Source: an archaeon GW2011_AR5 (GTDB taxonomy: Archaea; Aenigmatarchaeota; Aenigmatarchaeia; GW2011-AR5). From it: DNA of 64,000 nt. The stretch lies in assembly GCA_000806115.1 (NCBI GenBank), contig JWKQ01000002.1, positions 256,815 to 320,814 of the forward strand, written 5' to 3'. Of the stretch, positions 28,892 through 38,715 are shown piece by piece. The translations under genes and the position numbers were made by a program. How positions within the stretch are numbered: position 1 is the first letter of the stretch; every line of letters begins with the position of its first letter. Below the pieces are notes generated by a model. It worked only from the letters and a program-made list of their open reading frames with translations, did no database searches and was not told the origin of the DNA.

Positions 28892-29944
28892 ATGCTAGAA
28901 CTGCTAGTGCTTTTGCTTGTTCTCCTTCTCGACGCAGCATACATCCTGATGCTTTTTTCAATCAATCTTCCTCAGGAAAAGCCGTACATCAAGAAGCTGC
29001 CAAAGATATCCCTGATTATTGCGGCGAAGGAAGGAAAAATCGTTGAAAGAACGCTTAGGATGCTGAAAAAGATCAAGATGAACACAGAGATAATAGTCGT
29101 CGCCAGCGATGCAGTAACGCTGAAGATTGCAGGAAAATATGCGAAGGTGGTGAGGGATAAAGGCACGGGAAAGGGCGCGGCGCTTAACCTTGCCGTTCGG
29201 AAAGCAAAAGGCAGGATACTATACTTCCTTGATGAGGACATGATTGTAACGAAGGATACAATCCAGAAGGTTTGTTCCGCCCTTGGCAGTCATGAGGTGG
29301 CTGTGGGCTATAACCTCGCCGGGAACAAGGACGGCCCGGTTACGTATGTGGCGCGCCTGTACCTGGCGATGCTTACCAAGATGCAGTTCGGCATCTACAG
29401 GCTCATAGGAACCACGTTCGTGGCGGGCAGGAATTTTGCAATATACAAGAAAACCCTCGCAAATGCCGGAAATTTCAGGAATGTGCTGACCGAAGACCTT
29501 GACCTCTCTTTCCGGCTCTTCGCGCGGCACAAGAAGGTGAAGTACGTGAACGCAGGGGCGCGTGACCAGGCGCCGTCGCGCTTCCTCTGGTATTTGAAGC
29601 AGCAGCAAAGATGGAACGTGGGGGCGGGCGAAGCCATGAAGGCGTGGGAGAAGAAGTTCCATCACCACGACATATCGCTGCTCATTTTCCTGGTGCTTGT
29701 ATCGCTGATACCGTTGATGTCTTTTATATTCCTTGTCTTGGCTCTGGCTTTCGGCAGCTATCTCTTTCTTTCAGTGGTGGCAATATGCTTCCTGGTGTGC
29801 CTGTCGTCAGCCAGGATGCTTGGAAGGGATGAAATGCTGCTGCTGCCGGGGACATTCCTGCTCATGATAACGATCCAGTCGTTCACGATGATATATAGCG
29901 CAGCCATGAAGCCGAAAAACTGGTACAGGACTCCCAAGAAGTGA
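28892..29944 (+). CDS. Processive GT2 glycosyltransferase
   Basis: GKGAALN, DED, TEDLD, QQQRW, C-terminal W.RTPK. Confidence 0.85.
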   Translation: MLELLVLLLVLLLDAAYILMLFSINLPQEKPYIKKLPKISLIIAAKEGKIVERTLRMLKKIKMNTEIIVVASDAVTLKIAGKYAKVVRDKGTGKGAALNLAVRKAKGRILYFLDEDMIVTKDTIQKVCSALGSHEVAVGYNLAGNKDGPVTYVARLYLAMLTKMQFGIYRLIGTTFVAGRNFAIYKKTLANAGNFRNVLTEDLDLSFRLFARHKKVKYVNAGARDQAPSRFLWYLKQQQRWNVGAGEAMKAWEKKFHHHDISLLIFLVLVSLIPLMSFIFLVLALAFGSYLFLSVVAICFLVCLSSARMLGRDEMLLLPGTFLLMITIQSFTMIYSAAMKPKNWYRTPKK

Positions 29945-29964
29945 ATTTAAAGTACTTTTATAGC

Positions 29965-30116
29965 TGACCAACTTAATGTCCAGATATTACACAAGTTGGT
30001 CACATACGCTGAAGAACAAAGTTCTTCGGCGTGCCAGAAAGCTTCGCTTTCTGAGCATAGTGAACCAAGTTATAATATCCAGATTCTTTACTTGGTTAAC
30101 TATAAGAAACCTGGCG
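29965..30116. repeat. Multi-hairpin palindromic element B
   Basis: TGACCAACTT/AAGTTGGTCA, GAAGAAC-AAA-GTTCTTC, CAGAAAGC-TTC-GCTTTCTG, GAACCAAGT/ACTTGGTT. Confidence 0.75.
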
Positions 30117-30129
30117 CTAATCCTTCTCC

Positions 30130-30597
30130 ATGGAAAAGAAAAACATTGCGTCTGGCAACCCCGCTCTCGAGAAGATACATTCGACATTCGCTTCCGTAGC
30201 CACGTCGCTGGGCTACAGCGAGGTTCATGGTAGAATAATATCGGCTTTGCTTGTTGCGGACCGTCCGCTGTCGATGGATGAGCTTATCATGCAGACCAAA
30301 TATTCGTCCGCGTCCATATCGCTGTCGCTTGATTTGTTGGAAATAATCGGAATCGTGAAGAAGCTCAAGGACCGCGGCGACAGGAAGCTGTATGCGCGGC
30401 TTGAGGGCGACCTGATAGAAGGCTTGCGCAATGCGATGATGCTGAAGCTGCAGAAAGAAATACGCGGCACGTTATCCGAACTTGAATTGCTGAAAAACCC
30501 GAAAACCAGGAAGTCTGTTTCCGCCGTTGAGAATGAAGTGAAGAGGCTCCAGGAATACATCCGGAGGCTCTCTGAGGTAGACGTGCCGCGAAAATGA
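30130..30597 (+). CDS. GbsR/MarR-type transcriptional regulator
   Basis: G.SEVHGRI...L.V...PLSMDEL...Y.S.ASIS.SL..LE..G.V...GDRK.Y. Confidence 0.85.
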   Translation: MEKKNIASGNPALEKIHSTFASVATSLGYSEVHGRIISALLVADRPLSMDELIMQTKYSSASISLSLDLLEIIGIVKKLKDRGDRKLYARLEGDLIEGLRNAMMLKLQKEIRGTLSELELLKNPKTRKSVSAVENEVKRLQEYIRRLSEVDVPRK

Positions 30598-30652
30598 ATG
30601 AACTTTAATCCGTTTTCTACAAATATATTATAGAGAATATAGGTTGAGCTTT

Positions 30653-31660
30653 ATGGGCATCCAGTTAACCCAGCTTGTGAACGGAGAAGTCATTTCTTTG
30701 GAGGACTTATTCGGCAAGGTTGTGGCTATCGACGCTTTCAACTGGGTTTACCAGTTTTTGAGCATTATTCGCCAGCCTGACGGCACTCCACTAAAGGACA
30801 GCAAAGACCGCGTCACCTCTCACTTATCAGGGCTATATTATAGGACTCTGAAGCTTATGGAAGCGGGAATAAAGCCCGTTTATGTTTTTGACGGCAAGCC
30901 TCCTGAGTTCAAAGCCGTCGGCCAGCGCCGCCGCGATGTCCGAGAGGAGGCGGCGCGCGAATGGAAACTTGCCCTGGAAAAACAGGATTACGAGGCGGCA
31001 AGCAGATATGCGAAACGTTCGACCAGCATAACCGCCGAGCACATTGACGGCGCGAAGCGGCTGCTGGAAGCGATGGGCGTTCCGTTCGTTCAGGCGCCAA
31101 GCGAGGGCGAGGCAATGTGCGCGCACCTTGTAAAGCAACGCGCAGCTTATTGCGCCGCATCGCAGGATTACGACACGCTGCTTTTCGGGGCGACAAAGCT
31201 GGTCAGGAATCTTTCGATAACCGGAAAAAAGAAGCGCGGAAATTCTGTTGTTATGATAAATCCTGAGATGCTGGCACTTGAAAGTCTTCTGAAAAACCTC
31301 GGAATCAGCTACGACCAGCTCATAATGCTCGGAATACTTATAGGCACTGACTTCAATCCGGGAGGAATATCAGGCTTGGGCCCGAAAAAGGCGCTGCTGC
31401 GCGTGAAGGAAAAGAAGACTATGGAAGAAGTCTTTGGGGGTTTGGAGTGGAACTTCCCTGTCACGCCGGAGCAGATTTTTGATTTCTTCAGGAACCCACC
31501 TGTGGTTGATTACGAACTGAATTTTAGGGATCCTGATGAAGAGAAGATAGTAAAAATAATGTGCGATGCGCACGATTTCTCGTACGAAAGGATAATCAAT
31601 TCGCTGAAGAAGATAACAGAAAACAAGCCGCAAAGCTCGTTGAGCAGGTGGATAAAATAA
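30653..31660 (+). CDS. fen: Flap endonuclease 1
   Basis: AIDA.N..YQFLS.IRQPDGTPL, APSEGEA, SQDYD.LLFG, GTDFN, C-terminal PIP box QSSLSRW. Confidence 0.96.
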   Translation: MGIQLTQLVNGEVISLEDLFGKVVAIDAFNWVYQFLSIIRQPDGTPLKDSKDRVTSHLSGLYYRTLKLMEAGIKPVYVFDGKPPEFKAVGQRRRDVREEAAREWKLALEKQDYEAASRYAKRSTSITAEHIDGAKRLLEAMGVPFVQAPSEGEAMCAHLVKQRAAYCAASQDYDTLLFGATKLVRNLSITGKKKRGNSVVMINPEMLALESLLKNLGISYDQLIMLGILIGTDFNPGGISGLGPKKALLRVKEKKTMEEVFGGLEWNFPVTPEQIFDFFRNPPVVDYELNFRDPDEEKIVKIMCDAHDFSYERIINSLKKITENKPQSSLSRWIK

Positions 31661-31661
31661 G

Positions 31662-32018
31662 CTAAGGTGTAGATGCCGTGCCGCACCCGCATGTCCTTGC
31701 GCACGCCTCAGGCGTCATCGTGGTCTTGAAGTTCTCATTGCACGCGACTCCAAGGTTTTCTCCGGCAAAAGGAGCTGTCGATGTCGACGGCCTGTTGAAT
31801 GGATTGTAGCCCGATATTGTTATCGCGGTGACGCTCGCCGTGTCGCATCCGTATACGCTTCTGAGGGTGTTGCATCCGTTCGAATACGCCGCTGAAGTTG
31901 CAATAGTTCCTGTGCCCCCCACGAGCCAGCCGCTGAAGAATGCTGCAACCACGACGAGAACCAAAACAGCGATGGCCACGACTACTATCATGTTGATGGG
32001 CAGTTCAAGTCCTTTCAT
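31662..32018 (-). CDS. Type IV pilin-like protein (class III signal peptide)
   Basis: MKG|LELPINMIVVVAIAVLVLVVV; Cys-rich globular part. Confidence 0.8.
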   Translation of the reverse strand: MKGLELPINMIVVVAIAVLVLVVVAAFFSGWLVGGTGTIATSAAYSNGCNTLRSVYGCDTASVTAITISGYNPFNRPSTSTAPFAGENLGVACNENFKTTMTPEACARTCGCGTASTP

Positions 32019-32169
32019 GGAAAAATCACTTATCTAATTATGGATTATAGTGGTATATATAGTTTTTTGAAATTTAGGGCGGAATTTTGTTTTCTCTTGA
32101 TTGGGAAATTCTTTATTTAGTTCGTGCGCGAAATAATATTGAAGACAAAGCATACAGGAACACCAGTTC

Positions 32170-32303
32170 TTTTCTCGCAGAAGCCTTAGAGCTTCTGGAG
32201 ACTCAGGTTGGACTTTGTTCAATCTCGAGTTGGAATACCTAGCTTTTTCTTCCAAGACGTTGTGAAGCACGCTTCACGACGCACATGAAGCTTCGCTTCA
32301 TGA
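32170..32303. repeat. Multi-hairpin palindromic element C
   Basis: CAGAAGC/GCTTCTG, GTTGGAC-TTT-GTTCAAT, CGTTGTGAAGC/GCTTCACGACG, CATGAAGC-TTC-GCTTCATG. Confidence 0.75.
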
Positions 32304-32328
32304 TGAGAGGATAGGTAAGGGATCGATA

Positions 32329-32700
32329 ATGAAGGGAGTATCACTTGCAATAGAAACGATAATATATCTGATACTCGCGGTCCTGGTTCTGATGGTGCTT
32401 ATAGGCTTCTTCCTTACGCAGGCGGGGCCGGCGCAGGACCAGTATGCGCTAGAAGCGAAGCGCAACAGCCTGTGCGGCGCTTACGTGACGAATGATTTCA
32501 GCTGCGCGGGAACCGGCGGCAATCCTGTGGCAGCCGCCAGCCCGTCTGTTGTCCAGAACATAGCAACAACCTGCGCAGAACTCAACCGAAGGTTTGGCTC
32601 CGCATACCGCTGCACCACAAGCTCAACCAGCGGTTCTGCGGCGCTCGACTGCATCAGGAGCTGCTGCATAACATGCCCGGTCAGAACTTCTTCACCTTAG
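32329..32700 (+). CDS. Type IV pilin-like protein (class III signal peptide)
   Basis: MKG|VSLAIETIIYLILAVLVLMVLI; Cys-rich C-terminus. Confidence 0.8.
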   Translation: MKGVSLAIETIIYLILAVLVLMVLIGFFLTQAGPAQDQYALEAKRNSLCGAYVTNDFSCAGTGGNPVAAASPSVVQNIATTCAELNRRFGSAYRCTTSSTSGSAALDCIRSCCITCPVRTSSP

Positions 32701-32703
32701 AAT

Positions 32704-34092
32704 TTAGCTTATTGTAAATCCTGTTGCAGTGCATTCGATCGTGCCGCCGCCCAGTATGTTGTTGCACATTTCCTGTTCTGCGCTTCCTCCGTCGTCCATG
32801 TTCCTGATTCTTTGCCCCGTGGACAGTTCATTGCCGGAAGGCATGTCTTGTATGTCTACGTTGCACGAGAACATAGCCCCGGCGCAGCATATCATGTCGC
32901 CCCCGCCGTTCCAGTTGAACTGCGCGAAACCGTCGGGAAGGAGGAAGTCGGGCGGCTGCCACAGGACGCAGTCAATGGCAGGCAGATAATCCTCGACCTT
33001 CATTTTGAGGCTTATGCGTTTTTTCTGGAATGTGTTGGCCGCAAGATCGTGGTAATAGTATCTTTCAGGCTCGGAATATGTGATTGTTGCATCGTAATGC
33101 AGCACCAGTCCCCAGCCGGGCGAGCGCGACGGCAATACCCCCGAGTTGTCCGCAGTGTTTGCGCTTAATGTCATCTCATTTATCGTAACATTGCCCCCGC
33201 CGTTTGCCGCGGCAACACCCGACAGGTAGTCCCGGAACGCGTCCTTGTACGCCTGCTGGCTTGCAGTAGGCGGGATGCCGAGCGCTCCCCGCGGCGCGTA
33301 GTGCGGCATTGCCGCATCGGGCGGCGGGCTTGTAGGACCTCCTTTGATAACATCTCCTGTCACAAGCAGCGCTTCCACCACGAGCCTTCCGGATGCCACC
33401 ATCTGCCTAAGCGAAGTGAACATGGTGTTGTTATTAGTCGTCTGGCGGCTTATTGCCCCCTCGCCGTAGCTTGCCGCGATTGTCTGCGTGAACGACTCCT
33501 CTATGCGGTCATCCAGCAGGTTGAATATCATGGTACTGGCTACGTTGTCCCCGTTTCTCGGAATGGTTATCGACACGCCGCCTGTTTGTTCGGGCCGTGG
33601 CATGGTCAGCTTAAGGAAATCGCGGGTCTGCAGCACGGTTTTGATGTAGTCAATGGCGTGATTGTCCCGGGGATAGCATATTTGAGGATTGAATCCGGCT
33701 GCATTGTATTTGCGGATTTGCGGGATTCTTCCCTCGCCGGCTATAATCTCGCCGGGCGCGCTCCTTTCGAAGGACGGGTTTGTTTGCATCCAGTAATCAG
33801 GATCCCTGATTGTTACGGGTCCGGAACTGTCGGGGCGCCCGCATCCTACGCTTTCGTCGCCTGTTATGAACGCCGCCTGCACAGTTGATATGAACCATGT
33901 TGTGCCGAGGGACTGGTTGAACAACGAGAAAGTCGACTTGAGGCGCATCAACGACAGCGACTCGAAGTTCAGCTTTGTCCTGCTCTCGATGTTGTTGTTT
34001 GCCATGTAGAGGTAAACGGCGAAGAAAGCCGTGAATATTGCTATGATAAGTATTGTGCCGACTGCCGTTCCTACTCCCTTGCTGCAATTCAT
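32704..34092 (-). CDS. Large minor pilin-like protein
   Basis: SKG|VGTAVGTILIIAIFTAFFAVYL followed by a large exported domain. Confidence 0.7.
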   Translation of the reverse strand: MNCSKGVGTAVGTILIIAIFTAFFAVYLYMANNNIESRTKLNFESLSLMRLKSTFSLFNQSLGTTWFISTVQAAFITGDESVGCGRPDSSGPVTIRDPDYWMQTNPSFERSAPGEIIAGEGRIPQIRKYNAAGFNPQICYPRDNHAIDYIKTVLQTRDFLKLTMPRPEQTGGVSITIPRNGDNVASTMIFNLLDDRIEESFTQTIAASYGEGAISRQTTNNNTMFTSLRQMVASGRLVVEALLVTGDVIKGGPTSPPPDAAMPHYAPRGALGIPPTASQQAYKDAFRDYLSGVAAANGGGNVTINEMTLSANTADNSGVLPSRSPGWGLVLHYDATITYSEPERYYYHDLAANTFQKKRISLKMKVEDYLPAIDCVLWQPPDFLLPDGFAQFNWNGGGDMICCAGAMFSCNVDIQDMPSGNELSTGQRIRNMDDGGSAEQEMCNNILGGGTIECTATGFTIS

Positions 34093-34940
34093 CGTGCAGT
34101 CACCTCCAGCGTTGCGACAGACTGCTTGTAAAGTAGAGGCACGATTGCCCTCACGGCTATTCCGGCGTCAACCTGATTGTCCGCCGTCATCGGCGCACAG
34201 CACGCGCGAGTATTGCCCCCGTTCAGCGGCGGACCGCATTCTGGCGGATTGCCCAGGTCAACCCGGCTCTCCTCGCATTCGTATTTCCATGAGGTGCCCC
34301 ATATCAGTTCATAGACGCGGGCGTAGAACGGCCTTTTCCCCTCGGAACACACGCCCTGTCCGCTGGGTCCGCAGCTGCGCACGTCCTTTGGATTCGGCAG
34401 GCTTTGGTATGCGGGTATGTCGTCCTTGCAGCAGTCTTTTTCAATCGGTGCGCCGCCTTCCGGCACATACAATATAGGGCACCGATAACTTCCGGAACTT
34501 ATTTGCACCCGTCCCACGCCGCAGGAGTCTGAACACCATCCTTCCAGATTGTCCCCGCATTTGCTCTCGGTGCTTTCCACTGACATGATTACGTTGTTGC
34601 CGTTGGCTATTGCTATCTCATATTCCCTGAGTTCGTATTTGTCAAGGTAGCTGGACAGGTATGACGGCAGCCCTGTGGTTTGCGCGTTCTGCAGCGATGT
34701 GACGGAAGTCTCGATTGACTGCTCGAAAACCGTCCTGTCGTCAAACTTCACGTGTGCGAGCACTTCCGCAATCATGAACGGCTTGTTCACCACGTGCACG
34801 AATTCTATCGAGTACGAAACAGGGTCGGCTGTGGAGAAGAACGGCAGTGTTATCTGAAGCCATATAAGCGTCCCGAGTATTATCATTGCAGCGACGAACA
34901 TTGTGAGTATGAGCGTCCAGAATGTATCTGATATGTTCAT
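34089..34940 (-). CDS. Pilin-like protein with Cys-rich repeats
   Basis: N-terminal TM; two G.C....C...RV......C....CC modules. Confidence 0.65.
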   Translation of the reverse strand: MNISDTFWTLILTMFVAAMIILGTLIWLQITLPFFSTADPVSYSIEFVHVVNKPFMIAEVLAHVKFDDRTVFEQSIETSVTSLQNAQTTGLPSYLSSYLDKYELREYEIAIANGNNVIMSVESTESKCGDNLEGWCSDSCGVGRVQISSGSYRCPILYVPEGGAPIEKDCCKDDIPAYQSLPNPKDVRSCGPSGQGVCSEGKRPFYARVYELIWGTSWKYECEESRVDLGNPPECGPPLNGGNTRACCAPMTADNQVDAGIAVRAIVPLLYKQSVATLEVTAR

Positions 34941-35909
34941 TTATACATCCTCCATGCAAAGCAGGATGGTGCTCACTGTGTCGCTCCGTCCTGCAATCGC
35001 CGACGCGTCGGGGGGGCACGCGGAGCTTGTCTTCAGCGGGTACGCCGTTACCTGCCATTTCGAATTTCTTGCGCTGCTCAGGAGTCCCGCGAGTATATCG
35101 AGGTCTTCTACAGGTATATTCGGGAGGTATCTGCATTCTCCTGCGAGCGGGTCGTTCCCGTTATAGAGGCACACATGCGTCCCGGCGGTTCCGGAACGCC
35201 TGAAGGCCGTGGCACCAAAAGGCAGCTGGTTCGTGGCAAACTTCATGACAAATTTTTCTTTCGTATGGAACGCCTTGGCAGTGGCGCAGGAGATGCGTGT
35301 CAGGAATGCGTCGTATGCCGTTATTTCCATTGTAGCCGGCAGGGCTGTGTCCGACATCTCTATACCCACCGGAAATTTCGACGACGTTTCCACTATAGGG
35401 TTAGACATGAACATCGAAGTCGGCATGTAACCAAGGCGCCATTTATAACTGTCCTGCCACTCGCGGTCGGATGTTTTTTTGCACTCGCAGAAATCCGCGC
35501 CAAATACTTCCAGGTTGCAGTTGCAGTTTCCTGTTATGCCCATGTCAAGGGTTGTCAATCCGCAGACATTGCCGCAAAAGCCGCTGCAATCGTTGTCGCT
35601 GCCGCACACAGTCGGGCCGGTGCTCGCTTCTATGTCTATCTGATAGCCGAAGTCGCAGTTTTGTGCGTACTGCTCGATTTCCGCCTGCTCCGCAGCCGTC
35701 AGCTTTTCCGGTGAAAATACAGACTCGTCCGCCACGAGTCTTGTGTCGCTTGTCACCGTATCGGACAGTTCGAACACAAACCTTTCCATCGTGTTCTCTC
35801 TTACGTCGACCTTGAAAGAGAAAAACATCAGCATCATGAAGAATACAAAAAGTATGGCGGGTCCCATGCGAAGCAGGAACATGACAATTGCCATTACGTC
35901 GAACTTCAT
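34941..35909 (-). CDS. Pilin-like single-TM protein with Cys-rich insert
   Basis: N-terminal hydrophobic helix; CGSDNDCSGFCGNVC insert. Confidence 0.65.
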   Translation of the reverse strand: MKFDVMAIVMFLLRMGPAILFVFFMMLMFFSFKVDVRENTMERFVFELSDTVTSDTRLVADESVFSPEKLTAAEQAEIEQYAQNCDFGYQIDIEASTGPTVCGSDNDCSGFCGNVCGLTTLDMGITGNCNCNLEVFGADFCECKKTSDREWQDSYKWRLGYMPTSMFMSNPIVETSSKFPVGIEMSDTALPATMEITAYDAFLTRISCATAKAFHTKEKFVMKFATNQLPFGATAFRRSGTAGTHVCLYNGNDPLAGECRYLPNIPVEDLDILAGLLSSARNSKWQVTAYPLKTSSACPPDASAIAGRSDTVSTILLCMEDV

Positions 35910-35917
35910 TCTTTCAC

Positions 35918-36319
35918 CTAGATGGATGATATCTCAACCGCGCCGCCGCGCTTGCGTATCTCAAGCAGGCGGTTCGCCCTGCAGGCAAACTCCCCGTTTG
36001 TGCCCGCGTTGATAATTGTCGGGGTTTTTATCCCGCTCATCGTGTAAGATATGTTCGTGCCGGCGACTGGAGTGATGGACATATGTATGAGCCCGTTTGT
36101 GATGAGCACCCTGCAGTTCGCATTGGGCATGTTGAACCTGTAGGTTGTGCCGTCAGGCGAACTCTGCACGATGTTTATGACGCTCGCCAGTCGTTGCGAC
36201 TGCAGCTGCGCGGAGTTCTGCACAGCCTCACCGATGGCAACCTGAAGCGGATTCACGGCGAATACGATGAACACAAGCGTCAGGAAAGTGGTGACGAATA
36301 TCCATTCGAGCGGTTCCAT
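35918..36319 (-). CDS. Pilin-like protein without leader
   Basis: MEPLEWIFVTTFLTLVFIVF, then AQLQSQRLAS.IN.V...PDGT minor-pilin-like helix. Confidence 0.65.
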   Translation of the reverse strand: MEPLEWIFVTTFLTLVFIVFAVNPLQVAIGEAVQNSAQLQSQRLASVINIVQSSPDGTTYRFNMPNANCRVLITNGLIHMSITPVAGTNISYTMSGIKTPTIINAGTNGEFACRANRLLEIRKRGGAVEISSI

Positions 36320-36416
36320 ATCAATCTAATTAGAATTGTCAACGCTTCTATTATATAGGTTTTTGACTCTGTGAATCCGAAACCAAGCATACGAAGACCA
36401 AGCGCTCGTCAGTTCA

Positions 36417-38300
36417 TTACCCAGGCCATCCCCAAGAAAGGCGGCGTTCGAAGAACTCCTTCCAGCTTTCGAGGTCTCCCTGCGGATAGTATTTCAGCAC
36501 CACAGCGTCCCTGGATGCGTCGCCGCTTATGTACGCCGTGTTCTCGTTTATCGGCGATAACCCGAACGCCCTTGCTATTCCCTGTGTATCAGACAACCAG
36601 TCATCCCTGTAGGGGTCGAAAGTCCAGCAAAACCCGTCAGGCTTGTCTTCCACAGTGATGCGCATGCATTGGCCTCCGTTAAAGCCTGTGAGTGGAATAG
36701 CAGAAGTATCCTGTATATCGGTGCCTATTTTTTCTAGGCATGTAAAATGAGTACCGACTTCATGTAGCTTACCGTCCCCGCCATATTGATATATTGGGTA
36801 GTTGACTGCATTTTCACATTCCATCTGATCGCATGGCACTTTTTCAATTTTCATCTGTTCTATTGAACAGTCGCTTGCCAAGTTGAAGTCCTGAACCTTG
36901 TATGAGAGAAACACGCCGCCAAGGAATTCCCCTATCTTTTCAGAAGCGTATCCAACGCCGAATATGGTGCACGTCTTGCAGAATCTCCACGATCTGCCAA
37001 GAACTTTCCAGCTTTTTCCGAGGACTTTGGATGATAGTTTCAATATGCCCCTTCCGAACCAGCTTAAAGCTCCTGTCAGTGTGAAAGCGGAGCCGGAGCC
37101 TGCAACGCCGACGACCTCGCCGACTACCAGTCCGGATCCGGTTGCTGCCGGTACGGCTGTGAATGTCACACCTTCAGCCACGTAAAGCCCCGCTGTAGTT
37201 GCAATCGGCGTGGCGGTTGGAATAGCGCTCAGTGCAGTACCGGAAGCAACGGCGGCTCCTGACGGAAGAATCAGAGCCGCCCCGACAGCCAGTACAGCCA
37301 CTCCAAGAACGCCTTCAAAAATATACCTTCTTTCATCACGCGCGTCGTATTTCATCTCGATGTATTTTATGTCGCTGCACTGCCTCAACGGATATTTGTA
37401 CACGCCCGTTCGCGTCTTCAGGCAGAGAGAATTATCACCGCACGGCGCATATTTTATTGCGCTCTTCTCGAAGCTCGTCAGTCCCTTGTAGTTGTTGAAA
37501 ATGAACGCGTTGTCGCCTTCCGATGCAACAGGGTTTTCCGAATCGGGGTTCACCAGATCCCTCCATTCGCCGAACTTGCTTAACGCTGCGAGAGTGCCGC
37601 CGGGTCCCGTGTCAACCGGACCCGCACCCCGTGAGCCGCCGCTCCCTCCGTAAGCGCTGTTGGGACCGTAGTAGAAATCGCTTCTCTTGCTTCCTATAAC
37701 CACGTTGTTGACTATAACGCCCTCGAGCTTCTTCGAGGTGAGCTCGACATCTTCATCGCCTACCACGCGCGTATTCCACAGCTGCTCGATGCTGTCGGAA
37801 TATGTTTTCACGTCAGCCGGAAGTCTGTTATCGTATCCTGCAGGAAGATGTGTGATGAGACGGTTCTCCATTCCCTGGTAAATCTCCCAGCCTGTTGCGT
37901 CGCCTGCAGGGAATGATTCATAGTAAAGGACAAAGTTCGGATCGCCGTTGGTTCTTATCAGCCATATGGGCATGACGGATATCAGGCTGGTGAATTTTGG
38001 CGTGTTCTGCGGCAGCTGAAAGTTGTTAACAGTCACCGGACTTCCTGTGAAGCATGCCTCGTCCATGGATGCGCGCAGCTTCTCGACGTTGGCGAATGCA
38101 ATCTGGTCATAAGGGTCGATGGTGGACATTGCTATGGACACAAGCAGCACAACACCGAGAAGCAGGAAGAGAAGGCTCATCATGGTGTACATTATCTCGG
38201 ATATCGACGTGTCACCCTTGCCGATCTTTTTCTTTTCAAAGAAAAGTCGAGAAAGAAAATAGTGATTCCTAGGCTTCTGTTTCCCATTGTTTTTTTTCAT
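36417..38300 (-). CDS. Large pilin-like protein with internal hydrophobic/amphipathic segment (627 aa)
   Basis: Basic leader ending KG|DTSISEIMY followed by a TM; internal G/A/T/V-rich hydrophobic region. Confidence 0.75.
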   Translation of the reverse strand: MKKNNGKQKPRNHYFLSRLFFEKKKIGKGDTSISEIMYTMMSLLFLLLGVVLLVSIAMSTIDPYDQIAFANVEKLRASMDEACFTGSPVTVNNFQLPQNTPKFTSLISVMPIWLIRTNGDPNFVLYYESFPAGDATGWEIYQGMENRLITHLPAGYDNRLPADVKTYSDSIEQLWNTRVVGDEDVELTSKKLEGVIVNNVVIGSKRSDFYYGPNSAYGGSGGSRGAGPVDTGPGGTLAALSKFGEWRDLVNPDSENPVASEGDNAFIFNNYKGLTSFEKSAIKYAPCGDNSLCLKTRTGVYKYPLRQCSDIKYIEMKYDARDERRYIFEGVLGVAVLAVGAALILPSGAAVASGTALSAIPTATPIATTAGLYVAEGVTFTAVPAATGSGLVVGEVVGVAGSGSAFTLTGALSWFGRGILKLSSKVLGKSWKVLGRSWRFCKTCTIFGVGYASEKIGEFLGGVFLSYKVQDFNLASDCSIEQMKIEKVPCDQMECENAVNYPIYQYGGDGKLHEVGTHFTCLEKIGTDIQDTSAIPLTGFNGGQCMRITVEDKPDGFCWTFDPYRDDWLSDTQGIARAFGLSPINENTAYISGDASRDAVVLKYYPQGDLESWKEFFERRLSWGWPG

Positions 38301-38354
38301 ATTTCATCACGCGAACGCAAGTGAGCCACCCTTTATAATATTTTTCTTTCCCAT

Positions 38355-38436
38355 TGCAAGCATTTCGTTCGAAATGCTGCACAGCAAGAGCTTTGCTCTT
38401 GCTCGTGAGGGCTTTCTTTTTTAAAAGAAAGGGCTC
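38355..38436. repeat. Multi-hairpin palindromic element D
   Basis: AGCATTTCG-TT-CGAAATGCT, AGCAAGAGC-TTT-GCTCTTGCT, CTTTCTTTT-TT-AAAAGAAAG. Confidence 0.7.
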
Positions 38437-38554
38437 AACGGAACCATTTCAGCACAGGATCAATATTCGGCACGACGCCTGCAAGCATAGATATCACCAC
38501 GGCAAAAACCAGGAGAGTAAGGACTATCGCCACAACGACGTATTCTATTCTCAT
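38435..38554 (-). CDS. Tiny pilin-like single-TM peptide (39 aa)
   Basis: Manual translation MRIEYVVVAIVLTLLVFAVVISMLAGVVPNIDPVLKWFR. Confidence 0.65.
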   Translation of the reverse strand: MRIEYVVVAIVLTLLVFAVVISMLAGVVPNIDPVLKWFR

Positions 38555-38555
38555 T

Positions 38556-38690
38556 TTATCTCAGCACTCCGAGCAGAAGGTCTATGTTATTCTGTATTCC
38601 GCCGTTAAAATGTATGTAGATAAGCAGGCTTATTCCCAAGCCCAGAAGGCCTATCATGATGAACACCACTTCGGTTATTGTCAGTTCCAT
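38556..38690 (-). CDS. Tiny pilin-like single-TM peptide (44 aa)
   Basis: Manual translation MELTITEVVFIMIGLLGLGISLLIYIHFNGGIQNNIDLLLGVLR; 1 nt from the next ATG. Confidence 0.65.
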   Translation of the reverse strand: MELTITEVVFIMIGLLGLGISLLIYIHFNGGIQNNIDLLLGVLR

Positions 38691-38715
38691 TTTCAAAATC
38701 TTCTCCTATTTCAGT

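Noticed and set aside
29965..30116. Hairpin arrays as CRISPR
   Set aside because: No constant direct repeat with regular unique spacers, and no cas genes in the window
32034..32270. Short ORFs over hairpin elements (also 29976-30233, 39646-39993, 46546-46749)
   Set aside because: They overlap palindromic repeats and show no protein-like features
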